A stretch of 63,327 nt of DNA, filler included, from Nitrospinae bacterium RIFCSPLOWO2_12_FULL_45_22 (GTDB lineage Bacteria; 2-12-FULL-45-22): assembly GCA_001803565.1 (NCBI GenBank). It is 6 parts of 6 records of this genome, joined end to end, with 100 filler letters (N's around TTAATTAATTAA, not from the genome) between each part and the next. Parts side by side here need not be neighbours in the genome. Positions count along the whole stretch, not along the records: positions 28,489 to 38,215 come from MHDQ01000263.1; positions 38,316 to 47,408 come from MHDQ01000264.1; 4 more parts are not named here. One strand, 5' to 3'. The position numbers and the translations under genes are program-made. Of the stretch, positions 29,756-40,607 are shown in pieces (the first letter of the stretch is position 1; the number at the start of each line of letters is the position of its first letter). The notes beneath the pieces were generated by a model. It made no database searches. It was not told the origin of the DNA and was given only the letters and a program-made list of their open reading frames with translations.

Positions 29756-31195
29756 CTAATGCCCTAGATAGGAGATAGAATAATGGGCTAGCTCTAATAT
29801 CCGGGCAGGGGTTATGCCAAGTAGGATAGTACCTATGGCAGTAATAACCAGGGCAGCCGCAGAAAAGAAAGGTACTGGTCCATCCAAAAACTCTTTCTCT
29901 GGGTCATACATATACATATAGACTATGATCCGCAGGTAATAGTAAAGGGCTATGGCACTGCCTAATACGCCAATAATAGCCAGACCTACATAGCCGCCAC
30001 TAACCGCAGCGCTAAAGATATAGAACTTTCCAACGAAACCGCCAGTCGGCGGTATACCAGCCAGAGAGAGTAGGAACAGAGACATAGCCGCACTTAGCAT
30101 CGGATGTTTATAAGCCAGGCCGCGATAATCGCTAATCGTTAGGTTCTCTTCTTCCTTTTTTTCCACTATTATCACTACCCCAAAGGCCCCCAGATTCATG
30201 AGGCTATATACCAGGAGATAATAGAGAATACTGGAAGAGCCCAGGTCATTACCGGCTACCATAGCTACCAGTATATAACCGGCATGGGCAATAGCAGAAT
30301 AGGCCAGCATCCGCTTGATATTTTTCTGATAGATAGCGACAGTATTGCCAAAGATGATGGTAACGGCTGCCAGGAGCCACAGAACCGGTACCCACTGGCC
30401 CTTCAAGGGCTCCAGGGTATAAAAGAATACCCGCAGAAATGCGGCAAAACTAGCTGCCTTCGTACCCACTGCCATAAAAGCCGTTACCGTAGTAGGAGAC
30501 CCTTCATACACATCCGGTGTCCACATATGGAAAGGCACTATTGCCACCTTGAAGCCAAATCCTACCAGCAACAGCCCCATCCCGGCTAAAAATAGGGGGT
30601 TCTTGAGGGCTGCTTCCTGAGAGAGGTACTGGGCAATATCTTTAAGGTTGGTATTACCCACTACACCATAAATATTGGCAATGCCATAGAGTAGAAAGGC
30701 AGAAGAAAAAGCCCCCAGGAGAAAATATTTGAAGGCCGATTCATTGGATTTGGGGCTATGGCGCATAAAGCCCGCCAGGATATAAACCGCCAGGGATAAG
30801 ATTTCCAGGGCCAGAAAAATGGTTATAAGGTCTGTCCCGCTAGCCATAAACATATAGCCAAAGGTAGCCAGCAAGACCAGGGAATAATACTCCCCTAAAT
30901 CTATCCCTCCTCGGGTGATATAGTTTATGGATAGTAAGATAGTGAGGGTACAGATGATTAAAAACAGGGCCTTAAAATAGACCGAGAAATTGTCTATTGC
31001 AACCATGCCATAAAAGGCCTCTTCCCTGAGATCCCATTGCCCCATAGTGATCAGTAATGCCCCAACCGTGCCCAGGACCCCTACGGTGGCTAATAATACC
31101 TTACGGCCACGCCAGGGTAACAGGTCTAAAATAAGTACTATTAGGGCGGTTATTAAGACAATGATCTCTGGTGTTAAAAGCGATAAATTTATCAT
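29756..31195 (-). CDS. nuoN: NADH-quinone oxidoreductase subunit N
   Basis: ESAFKYFLLG, FKVAIVPFHMWTPDVYEG, KRMLAYS. Confidence 0.95.
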   Translation of the reverse strand: MINLSLLTPEIIVLITALIVLILDLLPWRGRKVLLATVGVLGTVGALLITMGQWDLREEAFYGMVAIDNFSVYFKALFLIICTLTILLSINYITRGGIDLGEYYSLVLLATFGYMFMASGTDLITIFLALEILSLAVYILAGFMRHSPKSNESAFKYFLLGAFSSAFLLYGIANIYGVVGNTNLKDIAQYLSQEAALKNPLFLAGMGLLLVGFGFKVAIVPFHMWTPDVYEGSPTTVTAFMAVGTKAASFAAFLRVFFYTLEPLKGQWVPVLWLLAAVTIIFGNTVAIYQKNIKRMLAYSAIAHAGYILVAMVAGNDLGSSSILYYLLVYSLMNLGAFGVVIIVEKKEEENLTISDYRGLAYKHPMLSAAMSLFLLSLAGIPPTGGFVGKFYIFSAAVSGGYVGLAIIGVLGSAIALYYYLRIIVYMYMYDPEKEFLDGPVPFFSAAALVITAIGTILLGITPARILELAHYSISYLGH

Positions 31196-31199
31196 CTGT

Positions 31200-31502
31200 T
31201 TAAAATTTCATAATATTAAAGTCATCTATATTAATAGTAGGTTTATTGCGATAGAGGGCAATAAGGATAGCCAGGCCAATGGCCACTTCAGCCGCTGCGA
31301 CCGAGATACTCAGCAGGGTATAGACATGCCCCTCCATATTACCTAGATAACGGGAATAGGCAATAAAACTCAGATTCACTCCATTCATCATCAACTCAAT
31401 AGACATTAATACTACTAAGGCATTGCGCCGGGTTAAGACCCCCAGAGTACCCAGGATAAAGAGCATGGCACTGACCAGCAGATAATAGTGCAGAGGAACC
31501 AT
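31200..31502 (-). CDS. nuoK: NADH-quinone oxidoreductase subunit K
   Basis: RRN..LMSIELM, AAAEVAIGL. Confidence 0.95.
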   Translation of the reverse strand: MVPLHYYLLVSAMLFILGTLGVLTRRNALVVLMSIELMMNGVNLSFIAYSRYLGNMEGHVYTLLSISVAAAEVAIGLAILIALYRNKPTINIDDFNIMKF

Positions 31503-31518
31503 TGTCTATTGTCTCCTC

Positions 31519-32025
31519 CTATTCGTACGGCTTAAGGTGTCTTTTGGACAATATCACGGTACCAATAATAGCTATGAGCAATAAGATCGAGATCAATTCA
31601 AACGGCAGAAGGTATTCTGCAAAGAGTAGTTTACCTATCTCAGTAAGGCTGCCAAAACCCGTCATTACCAGCCCGGGCCTGTTAGGATATGCCTCTGGCA
31701 GGGTCTTTACCAGTTCATAAAATACCAGTACTGATAACAATATACCCAGTAACCAGATAAGGTCTTTCCGCTCCTGGAACAAATCTTCCTCCTTCAGATT
31801 GAGCATCATAATCACAAAGAGCATAAGCACCATAATAGCACCGGCATAGATCAATACCTGGATAATGGCAATGAACGAGGCGGTTAATAGGGCAAATAGC
31901 CCGGCTACACTCAGCAGGGAAAAGATCAGGGCAATAGCGCTATGGATAGGATTCCGCTGGGTAATGACCAGAAAGCCAGGAATTATTGCCCCTAGCGCAA
32001 AGATAACGAACAACAAAAACTCCAT
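31519..32025 (-). CDS. nuoJ: NADH-quinone oxidoreductase subunit J
   Basis: QVLIYAGAIMVL, YLLPFE. Confidence 0.95.
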   Translation of the reverse strand: MEFLLFVIFALGAIIPGFLVITQRNPIHSAIALIFSLLSVAGLFALLTASFIAIIQVLIYAGAIMVLMLFVIMMLNLKEEDLFQERKDLIWLLGILLSVLVFYELVKTLPEAYPNRPGLVMTGFGSLTEIGKLLFAEYLLPFELISILLLIAIIGTVILSKRHLKPYE

Positions 32026-32532
32026 CTAATCCTTGTACCCCCTCTCGGTAGCCATCAGTACATCTTTTTCATAGAGAAAATTTGCCCGGCTATATTCTGT
32101 CAGGGAATATATGCCGCTATCCATCCGGATAGCATCACAGGGACAGGCCTCTACACACAAACCACAAAATACGCAGCGCAATTCATCAATCATAAACACG
32201 GCTGGATATTTCTCTACGGCAGGGTCTGCGCTCTCTGTCGGCTCGATATAGATGCAGTGGGAGGGGCAGGCCGTGGCACATAACATACATGCCGTACAGC
32301 GGGGCATACCATCGTCTTTACGGGTAAGGCGGTGCCGGCCACGCCACCTGGGCGATAGGCCCCATTTTACTTCCGTACGCTCTTCTGGGTAATAGATAGT
32401 AGGGACTTGCTTTATATTGAAGAGGTTCTTAAAGAAGTGCCTGGAAGTAACCAGAAGACCCCGGATTATCTCAGGGATATATATCTTTTCTAAGAAACCC
32501 TGTCCATTATTATCCTTCACCACCATAGCCAT
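32026..32532 (-). CDS. nuoI: NADH-quinone oxidoreductase subunit I
   Basis: YPEE, RGRH, CTACMLCATACP, CVFCGLCVEACP. Confidence 0.95.
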   Translation of the reverse strand: MAMVVKDNNGQGFLEKIYIPEIIRGLLVTSRHFFKNLFNIKQVPTIYYPEERTEVKWGLSPRWRGRHRLTRKDDGMPRCTACMLCATACPSHCIYIEPTESADPAVEKYPAVFMIDELRCVFCGLCVEACPCDAIRMDSGIYSLTEYSRANFLYEKDVLMATERGYKD

Positions 32533-32558
32533 GCCATTTTCTCCTAGACCGGTTACAT

Positions 32559-33641
32559 CTATGCTAAGGCCAGAACAATAAGCCCGGTAATAAATATATT
32601 AGCTAAAGTTAATGGAAACAGATATTTCCAGCCCAGGCGCATGAGCTGATCGTAGCGGAACCGGGGCAGCGTCCACCTTACCAGCAAAAGGAACCAGCAG
32701 AAAAAGACTACTTTTAACCCGAAAGCTGCTACCTGCAACACTACTACTAACAAGTGGGGCAAAGCCAGAGAAAAACCGCCAGGTAAATGAAACCCATCTG
32801 CCATAAGGAAAGGTATCTGCCAGCCGCCAAAAAATAGCGTGGTAAGCAGGGCCGAGGCAACCACTATATCGGCAAACTCGGCCAGGAAAAACATCCCGAA
32901 CCTCATACCACTATATTCCAGAAAATAGCCAATAATCTCTGACTCGCCTTCGGGCAGATCAAATGGTGTCCGTTTATTCTCTGCAATAGCCGCACAGAGA
33001 AACAAAAAGAAGGCCGCGGGCTGTACTACTATTCCCCATTGGGGTAACCAACCGCCTATCAGATATCCCTGTTGTCGGACCAGGTCATCTAACTCCACGG
33101 TCCCATAAATCATCAGTAAACCCACAATAGATAGTCCCATGGCAATCTCGTAAGAGATCATCTGGGCAGCAGCGCGTAACCCCCCTAAGAGAGAGTAGTT
33201 ATTATGGGAAGACCAACCCCCCAGCATCACCCCATAAATAGCCAGAGAGGCGATAGAGAAGATAAATATGATCCCCACACTCAAGTCCGCCACCTGGAGG
33301 TTGATCTCTCGCCCACCTACCCGCAAGATATCACCGAAAGGTATTACCGCATAGGTAACTAATGCAGGGAACATAGCCACTGCCGGGGCCAGGCTATGGA
33401 TAGCTTTATTGGCTCGGGCTGGGATAAAATCTTCCTTGGTAATCAGCTTGATCCCATCGGCTATTGGGTGGAGCAAGCCGTAAAAGGTAAACCCAAATAT
33501 ATTGGCCCGGTTAGGCCCGATCCGGTCCTGCATCAGGGCGCTCTGTTTCCGTTCTGCCCAGGTCAGTAGCCCAGCCAGGTTCATGATCATGCCCAGTACC
33601 AGGGCTAGCTTAATCAATATTATCAATGCATCCAGGATCAT
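32559..33641 (-). CDS. nuoH: NADH-quinone oxidoreductase subunit H
   Basis: ERK..QDRIGPN, RTPFDLPEGESE, PRFRYDQL. Confidence 0.95.
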   Translation of the reverse strand: MILDALIILIKLALVLGMIMNLAGLLTWAERKQSALMQDRIGPNRANIFGFTFYGLLHPIADGIKLITKEDFIPARANKAIHSLAPAVAMFPALVTYAVIPFGDILRVGGREINLQVADLSVGIIFIFSIASLAIYGVMLGGWSSHNNYSLLGGLRAAAQMISYEIAMGLSIVGLLMIYGTVELDDLVRQQGYLIGGWLPQWGIVVQPAAFFLFLCAAIAENKRTPFDLPEGESEIIGYFLEYSGMRFGMFFLAEFADIVVASALLTTLFFGGWQIPFLMADGFHLPGGFSLALPHLLVVVLQVAAFGLKVVFFCWFLLLVRWTLPRFRYDQLMRLGWKYLFPLTLANIFITGLIVLALA

Positions 33642-33781
33642 GCTCTATCCTTAAGTTGAGTGCATAGGAATTCCCATTATTAATAAAATGAAAAGTCCTA
33701 TGCTATCTAGTTATCTGCATGAATCTGCGTCCTAAATATAGCAATGGCCGCTCTGCAACAATTAGTTCCGTTATCCTGGCT

Positions 33782-35380
33782 TTACGTTTGGATGCCTTTG
33801 TCCCCTATCTTCTCATAATCCAGGCCATGGTAGCGGGGTATTTCGGCTGCGATCTGGCGCATAATTTCTGCTGGCGTATGTTCTTGCCAGTCGTAACCCA
33901 TAGCCCGGGCCACTCTACCAAGGATAACCTCATTAGCCAGAGACTCAGGCCGGGGTTGCATGGCCTTAAAGACCCGCTGTACCCGGCCCTTGTAATTAAT
34001 AAAGGTGCCATCTACCTCAGCAAAGGTCGCACTGGGCAGGATGATATGGGCCCATTGGCAGCTAGCAGTAAAATTACTGGTCTGAATAATCAGCAGCTCC
34101 AGGCTAGCTAATGCCTCATTGACCTGTTCGTTATCATAGCTTTCCGTTGGCTCTGCACCCATTATCCATAATCCCTTCAGGGGGTTAGCCGGGCTGAGCA
34201 TCTCGGCAGCCCCTATACCACCGGCTCCTGGGCCTATTTCCAGGTCTATTGCCCCACGAGTATTAGGGGTCTTATCCTCACGGATCAAGAAATCATCCCC
34301 GTATCCGGTCAGGCCCTTGAGGAAGTCCAGGTTAGGGGTCTCCAGAACCTCATGAGCGAACTTTTTAAATAGATAATTAGCCTCATTGGTAGCCTTAGAA
34401 GATGCCAGGGCGCCTATTCTCTGCGGACCATATTCGGTCAGTATCTTCTGGACTCTATTTTTAATCTCGTTTATAGCCCGCTCCCAGCTCACCAGCACCA
34501 ACTGCCCATCCTGACGGATATGGGGCTGCAAGACCCGGTTCTCATTGACGAGCTTGTAGCTTAGTCTCCCTTCGTCACAGAGCCAGCAGTCATTCACTTC
34601 AGGATTCTCCTTTGGCTTAAGGCGATATATCTGGGCCCGCTGTAAGTTAACATAATGTTTTTTGTTTATACAGATAAAAATATTGCAACCATTGGCACAC
34701 CCTGGGCAGACAGAGGGTGTAGAATACAAGAACCAGGGCCTTATCTTGAAGCGAAAATCCTTACTGGTCAATGCCCCTACCGGGCAAATATCTACCGTAT
34801 TGATTGAGTAGGGGTTATCGAGTTGTTGTCCGGGAAAGGTGGTTATTTGAGAATGATTGCCCCGGTTCTTGGTCCCTATTTCCGGCTGTTTAGCAATCTC
34901 TATACAGAAACGGATGCAGCGGGTACAGAGGATACATCGCTCGGCATCAAATACTATATGGGGGCCGATAGCTACCGCTTTGGGTCGCTTGATCTTCTCT
35001 TCTTTCGCAAAGCGGCTCTTATGCTGGCCAAATTCCATCATATAGAAATCTTGCAGGCCGCACTCACCTGCCTGATCACAGATAGGGCAATCTATAGGGT
35101 GATTGAGGAGCAAAAATTCTAACTGGGCCCGCTGTGCCCTTATGGCCTTAGATGAGTCGGTAGATACTATCATACCCTCTTCTACTGGCGTGCGGCAGGC
35201 GGGCTGCAGCTTGGGCTGGCCCTGGATTTCTACCAGGCACATGCGGCAGCAACCGGCAATGCTAAGCTTGGGATGGTAACAATAATGAGGGATGAAGATG
35301 CCGATACTCCTGGCTGCCTCTAAAATAACAGTACCATCCTCTGCCTGTAAGGCCTGACCGTTTATGGTAAGATTCTTCAC
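33782..35380 (-). CDS. nuoG: NADH-quinone oxidoreductase subunit G (short form)
   Basis: CYHPKLSIAGCCRMC, HPIDCPICDQAGEC, CILCTRC, CPGCANGC; start is GTG 35380 or ATG 35407. Confidence 0.92.
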   Translation of the reverse strand: MKNLTINGQALQAEDGTVILEAARSIGIFIPHYCYHPKLSIAGCCRMCLVEIQGQPKLQPACRTPVEEGMIVSTDSSKAIRAQRAQLEFLLLNHPIDCPICDQAGECGLQDFYMMEFGQHKSRFAKEEKIKRPKAVAIGPHIVFDAERCILCTRCIRFCIEIAKQPEIGTKNRGNHSQITTFPGQQLDNPYSINTVDICPVGALTSKDFRFKIRPWFLYSTPSVCPGCANGCNIFICINKKHYVNLQRAQIYRLKPKENPEVNDCWLCDEGRLSYKLVNENRVLQPHIRQDGQLVLVSWERAINEIKNRVQKILTEYGPQRIGALASSKATNEANYLFKKFAHEVLETPNLDFLKGLTGYGDDFLIREDKTPNTRGAIDLEIGPGAGGIGAAEMLSPANPLKGLWIMGAEPTESYDNEQVNEALASLELLIIQTSNFTASCQWAHIILPSATFAEVDGTFINYKGRVQRVFKAMQPRPESLANEVILGRVARAMGYDWQEHTPAEIMRQIAAEIPRYHGLDYEKIGDKGIQT

Positions 35381-35382
35381 CT

Positions 35383-36654
35383 CTATTTCCTGGTTTCTGG
35401 CAGACATTGTTTATTAGTCAGGTGATAATCGAATTCATCACGGTATTTTTTTACCGCTGGCCCAATCGCCATAGCCGCAGCATCGCCCAGGGGACAGATG
35501 GCATTACCCATGATATTGTCACAGATCTCTATCAATAAGTCCGTATCACCAGGTCTACCATGCCCTTCTTCTATATGGTGCAAGATATTCTCCAGCCATC
35601 CTGTACCTTCCCGGCAGGGGGTACATTGGCCACAGGACTCATGGTGGTAAAAATTAGCCAGGATCAAGGTCGAGCGGACAATACACATAGTATGGTCCAG
35701 GACAATTATACCGGCTGAGCCTAGCATAGTCCCTGCCTTGGCCAGAGAATCAAAATCCATATTTACCTGTATCTCATCAGGTCTAAGGATAGGCGTAGAA
35801 GAGCCACCGGGTATAACCCCTTTCAGTTGCCTCCCCTCGAACAGTCCACCAGCATGGTCAAAGATGATCTCGGGCAAGGGTGTACCCATGGGGAGTTCAT
35901 ATACCCCGGGACGTTTTACCGGGCCACTGACACAATAGAGCTTAGGGCCATGGTTCTTATCTGTCCCTATGCTGGTATACCATTCCACCCCTCGTTCAAT
36001 GATATGAGGAACATTGGCTAAAGTCTCAACATTATTGATAGTAGTGGGGCAACCAAAGAGTCCTCGATTTGCCGGGAAAGGTGGCCGGATGCGGGGCCAA
36101 CCTTTCTTACCTTCGATAGATTCCATGAGTGAGGTCTCTTCTCCGCAGATATAAGCACCAGCACCAATAGGTAATAGAATGTCCAGGCTATAGTATTTAC
36201 CCATAATATTCTGACCTAAGAAATTATGCTCATAAGCCTCCCGGATAGCAGCCTCGCAGCGCTGGATAGCTAGATTGAACTCACCCCGGATATAGAGATA
36301 TGCCTGCTGTGCACCAATAGCATACGAAGCTATTATGATGCCTTCCAGCAGTTGGTGAGGGTCTTTCTCTAAGATAACCCGGTCTTTGAATGTACCGGGT
36401 TCGCCTTCATCGGCATTACAGATAAGATATTTCGGCCTCTCAGTCCCCTTGGGCATAAAACTCCATTTTACCCCGGCAGGAAACCCCGCCCCGCCCCGCC
36501 CCCGCAGCCCCGACCTCTTTACTATATCAATAATATCCTCGGGGCTATATTCTCCCAGGGCCTTAGCCAGGGCCTTATAGCCACCGGTAGCCCGATAAGT
36601 CTCTATCTTATGCGAATCGGGCAGATGGATATTTTTAGTAAGTAGCTTTTCCAT
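35383..36654 (-). CDS. nuoF: NADH-quinone oxidoreductase subunit F
   Basis: GRGGAGF, NADEGEPG, YICGEET, SCGQCTPCREG. Confidence 0.96.
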   Translation of the reverse strand: MEKLLTKNIHLPDSHKIETYRATGGYKALAKALGEYSPEDIIDIVKRSGLRGRGGAGFPAGVKWSFMPKGTERPKYLICNADEGEPGTFKDRVILEKDPHQLLEGIIIASYAIGAQQAYLYIRGEFNLAIQRCEAAIREAYEHNFLGQNIMGKYYSLDILLPIGAGAYICGEETSLMESIEGKKGWPRIRPPFPANRGLFGCPTTINNVETLANVPHIIERGVEWYTSIGTDKNHGPKLYCVSGPVKRPGVYELPMGTPLPEIIFDHAGGLFEGRQLKGVIPGGSSTPILRPDEIQVNMDFDSLAKAGTMLGSAGIIVLDHTMCIVRSTLILANFYHHESCGQCTPCREGTGWLENILHHIEEGHGRPGDTDLLIEICDNIMGNAICPLGDAAAMAIGPAVKKYRDEFDYHLTNKQCLPETRK

Positions 36655-36656
36655 AG

Positions 36657-38215
36657 CTACCGATCATTCTCTCCGCCGATCATATTTATCATACCAAAGG
36701 TAGCTATAATGTCGGCCACTAACCCGCCCTGGATCATCTTGCTCATCCCTTGCATAAGGGCAAAGCAAGGGGGCCGACAGCGGCACTTGTATGGTTTGCC
36801 CGCACCATCACTAACAATATAGAACCCCAGTTCACCATTACCACCCTCAACCGGAAAATAGGCCTCTCCGGGGGGTGGTTTGATTCCTTCAAAGATGATC
36901 TTGAAATGGTGCATCAGGCCCTCAATAGAGTTATATACTTGTTCTTTCGGCGGTAAAATCACCCTTACATCGTCTAAATTGACCGGGCCCGGTGGTATCT
37001 GGTCCAGGGCCTGTTCGATGATCCGGATACTCTGGCGCATCTCCTCCATCCGTACTAGATAGCGGTCGTAATTATCCCCCTTAGTGCCCAGGGGTACTTC
37101 AAAATCCATCCGGTCATAAACCAGATAAGGCTGTGCCTTCCGCACATCATAACATATGCCGGTAGAGCGTAAGCAAGGGCCAGTAAAGGCCAAAGCTATG
37201 GCATCTTCAGCGGATATATAGCCGGTGCCCCGCATCCGGTCATAAAATATCCGGTTCTTGCTCAAAAGCTTATCTACATCGTTAATGGCCTTTCGGGCAT
37301 CCTGCAGCGCCTGGCGGCATTTCTCATCAAACTTTTCCGGCAAATCAAAGGCCCAACCGCCTATCCGGCCACAACTGGGCGTAACACCCCGACCACCACC
37401 TACTTCTTCTATAAGCTTATAAAGGACCTCTCGGGCCTCAATAAAATAGAAAAATACGGTAAAGGCCCCTAACTCCATGGCATTAGCAGCAATACAGGTC
37501 AGGTGATCGGTGAGCCGGGATATCTCACTCATGATTACCCGAATATATTTACACCGTTCGGTTATCTCCACACCAAAGAGCTTCTCGACAGTCATGATAT
37601 AGCCTACATTATTGATCAGGGGTGAGACATAGTTTAGTCGGTCGGTATAAGGGATGCATTGGGTATAGGTGGCGTTCTCACATTCCTTCTCAAAGCCCCG
37701 GTGCAGATACCCCATCTCGACCTCAGAATTGACTATACGCTCGCCATCCAGCTCCAGTATAAGATGAATAATCCCATGCATGGCCGGATGGGCCGGTCCC
37801 ATATGAAGGAATAGGTGCTGGGTCTCTAAATCTTCTGCCTTGGCCTCAGGCCGGAATATCCTGGGCTGGTAAATAATCCGATCAATGGGCTGCTGTTTAT
37901 CTTTAGGATAGTCTTTACGTAAGGGGTGCCCTTCAAACTGGTCATAGAGCAGGATGCGGCGCAAATCTGGATGGTTATTAAATTCTATGCCATAAAAGTC
38001 ATAGACCTCGCGCTCAAACCAATTAGCTGCTTGCCAAACCGGTGTTAGGGAGTCTATCCGGCAATCTTCTTCTGGCACCGGGGCCTTTATCCTTAGCCGG
38101 TGATTATGCTGAAGGGAATAGAGGTGATAGGCTATCTCAAAGCGGGGGTTACGGCCCAAATAATCTACTGCGGTCAGGTCCATCATAAAATTATAAGCTA
38201 ATGCCGGCTCATCCC
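36657..38215 (-). CDS. nuoCD: fused NADH-quinone oxidoreductase subunit C/D (5' partial)
   Basis: NuoC motifs WFERE and GHPLRKDYP in frame with NuoD motifs MGPAHPAMHG, GYLHRG and C-terminal GENDR; open to the gap. Confidence 0.93.
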
Positions 38216-38315
38216 NNNNNNNNNNNNNNNNNNNNNNNNNNNNNNNNNNNNNNNNNNNNTTAATTAATTAANNNNNNNNNNNNNNNNNNNNNNNNNNNNN
38301 NNNNNNNNNNNNNNN
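38216..38315. other. artificial contig-join spacer
   Basis: N-run with TTAATTAATTAA. Confidence 0.97.
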
Positions 38316-38666
38316 TGCCTCCTTGACCTCTGGCTCTTCCTTTGCCTGGGGCTTTGTGGGGGACTTAACATCTAATTGCTGCTTTAATTCAGCAATAGTT
38401 GTTTCGTATTGAGAAACCTTTTTAGAAAGATCATTCAGGCTATGCTCTTGGTTTACAATAGTCTTTCGGCTTCGGGCCAGATCAATTTTCAATTGAGTAA
38501 CACTCTGCCTGAGGGGCAAATGGATGGTAAGGTAAAAATAAGCTACTCCTAATATCAATAGGACCAACACCACAGGCCTAACTATAGGAAAAGATTGGCC
38601 CGGTCGAGGTGGGGGGGTGCTAGAGAAAGGAGATCCCTTATATTTTAGCAAATTAATCTCCCGCAT
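38316..38666 (-). CDS. single-TM coiled-coil protein (3' partial)
   Basis: TM segment then a coiled coil; runs into the gap. Confidence 0.6.
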
Positions 38667-38696
38667 AAAACGATCATTTCTGTTTAGTATAAAGAA

Positions 38697-40607
38697 TCAG
38701 GCATCTCGGCGCAATATACGCTTGTCAGCCATCCGCATAGTTACTTTCTTGCTATCAAAATATTCCAGTAAGGGAATGGCATATTTGCGGGAGATAGAGA
38801 ATAGTTCTTTGAACTCACCAGGCGTGATAGCCCCATTTCTCTTCAAAAAATCTTTCAACCCTTGTTCTATCTCCCTTAGACTCTCTGTATGGAAAAACAT
38901 ATCCCCTTTTACCCGTACCAGTCGCTTCTCTTCCAGCAATACATTGACCAATTGCTGCTCTTCTGCCTTCTGGATAGAGAGTTTTTCATAGACCTTTTCT
39001 AAGTCAGGGGGTTGGAAGCCTGCAGAAAGGTACTGATGTTCAATAGCATCTTTCAATTCTTCCTGTCTGCCTACCAACTGGACAGAATGGCCAGCAGACT
39101 TTACCTTCTCGCCCTCTACTACTATCTTACCTTCCCGCTCTAATTCTTGCAAGAGCTTAAGAAATATCTTTTCTTCCGAAATAAGTGACTTGCTTTTTAG
39201 TTCTTCTTTGGATATGCCTAGTTTGAGCGGGAATTTGGTATGGAAGTTTTGGAGCTGGCCCAACATATCATCTATTAACTCCTGGTAAATATCCTTATGC
39301 AGCAACCAGTATGCATCACCTGAGAGCTTGATAGCCTTACCCTTCTCTTCCAATGAACGATAGATATCTTTTAGTCTGTTTGGAGGCAGATGGGTTCGGG
39401 GAATCAGCTCCGTAAGCTTTAAACCGGTATTACCCGCTTGCAACAACTGATGTTCTATCACCTGACTCTCCTCACCCCTATCCATAATAGTGAAATGGTC
39501 TATGACCTCTCTTCTACCTTTTTTAACCTTTTTAGGCGCTATTTCTAAAACCTCTCCACCACCTATAGTCTGTATGGGTGAATAACTCCTGATAACATAT
39601 CGGTCCTTTGGTAAAGCGGCCAGGGGTTCTTCCAGGTGGAATTGTACATATGCCTCCTGGCCGGGCAGTAACTCTTCTCTATCCAGCAGATGAACCCGGC
39701 CAATAATTTCCCTGGTACCGTGATGGAAACGTACCCTGGTGCGGTCTTTTACGGGTCGGGGTGCATCAGCCAGTAATTGAAGAGATACATTCAGGATATA
39801 GGTAGGGCAAAGCCCTCCTGAAATAGATATAACATCTCCCCTTTCAATCTCGTCTTTGCTAACACCCTGGAGGTTTATGGCGGTTCTTTGCCCGGCTATA
39901 GTCTCTCCGACTTGTTTACCATGGACTTGAATTCCCCTTATCCGGGCTGTTAGCCCTCTGGGATAAATAGTTACCGACTGGTCCAGACTGATCTTTCCTG
40001 AAAGGGCAGTACCGGTAACTACTGTACCGAAGCCTTTGATGGTAAAGACCCGGTCAATAGGGAGTCTAAAAGTCCCTTCATTAATCTTAGGCGGGACCCT
40101 ACCCGCTATAAGCGATATAGCCTTGCGCAATTCGTCTAAATTTTCACCACTTTTAGAAGAGACCGGGATAATAGGGCATTGGCTCAGGAAAGTATTATGC
40201 AAAAAATCCCTTACTTCTTCTTCGACCAGATCTAGCCAGTCTTGTTCTACTAAATCTTTTTTGGTCAGGACTACTAATCCGTCTTTGATCTTTAGTAGCT
40301 CACATATAGCCCGGTGTTCCCGGGTCTGGGGCATGATCCCTTCATCGGCCGCAATTACTAATAGCACAAAATCTATTCCCCCGGCCCCCGCCAGCATGTT
40401 CTTTACAAACTTCTCATGGCCCGGTACATCCACAATGCCTAATTGGATATTATTATCCAGAAAGAGATAGGCAAAGCCCAGGTCAATGGTAATACCCCGC
40501 TCTTTTTCCTCTTTTAGGCGATCACAATCTATACCGGTAATGGCTTTGATCAAGGCGGTCTTGCCATGGTCTATATGCCCGGCAGTGCCCATAACGATCT
40601 GTTTCAT
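38697..40607 (-). CDS. selB: selenocysteine-specific elongation factor
   Basis: [28 protein letters not shown]-terminal [13 protein letters not shown]. Confidence 0.97.
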   Translation of the reverse strand: MKQIVMGTAGHIDHGKTALIKAITGIDCDRLKEEKERGITIDLGFAYLFLDNNIQLGIVDVPGHEKFVKNMLAGAGGIDFVLLVIAADEGIMPQTREHRAICELLKIKDGLVVLTKKDLVEQDWLDLVEEEVRDFLHNTFLSQCPIIPVSSKSGENLDELRKAISLIAGRVPPKINEGTFRLPIDRVFTIKGFGTVVTGTALSGKISLDQSVTIYPRGLTARIRGIQVHGKQVGETIAGQRTAINLQGVSKDEIERGDVISISGGLCPTYILNVSLQLLADAPRPVKDRTRVRFHHGTREIIGRVHLLDREELLPGQEAYVQFHLEEPLAALPKDRYVIRSYSPIQTIGGGEVLEIAPKKVKKGRREVIDHFTIMDRGEESQVIEHQLLQAGNTGLKLTELIPRTHLPPNRLKDIYRSLEEKGKAIKLSGDAYWLLHKDIYQELIDDMLGQLQNFHTKFPLKLGISKEELKSKSLISEEKIFLKLLQELEREGKIVVEGEKVKSAGHSVQLVGRQEELKDAIEHQYLSAGFQPPDLEKVYEKLSIQKAEEQQLVNVLLEEKRLVRVKGDMFFHTESLREIEQGLKDFLKRNGAITPGEFKELFSISRKYAIPLLEYFDSKKVTMRMADKRILRRDA

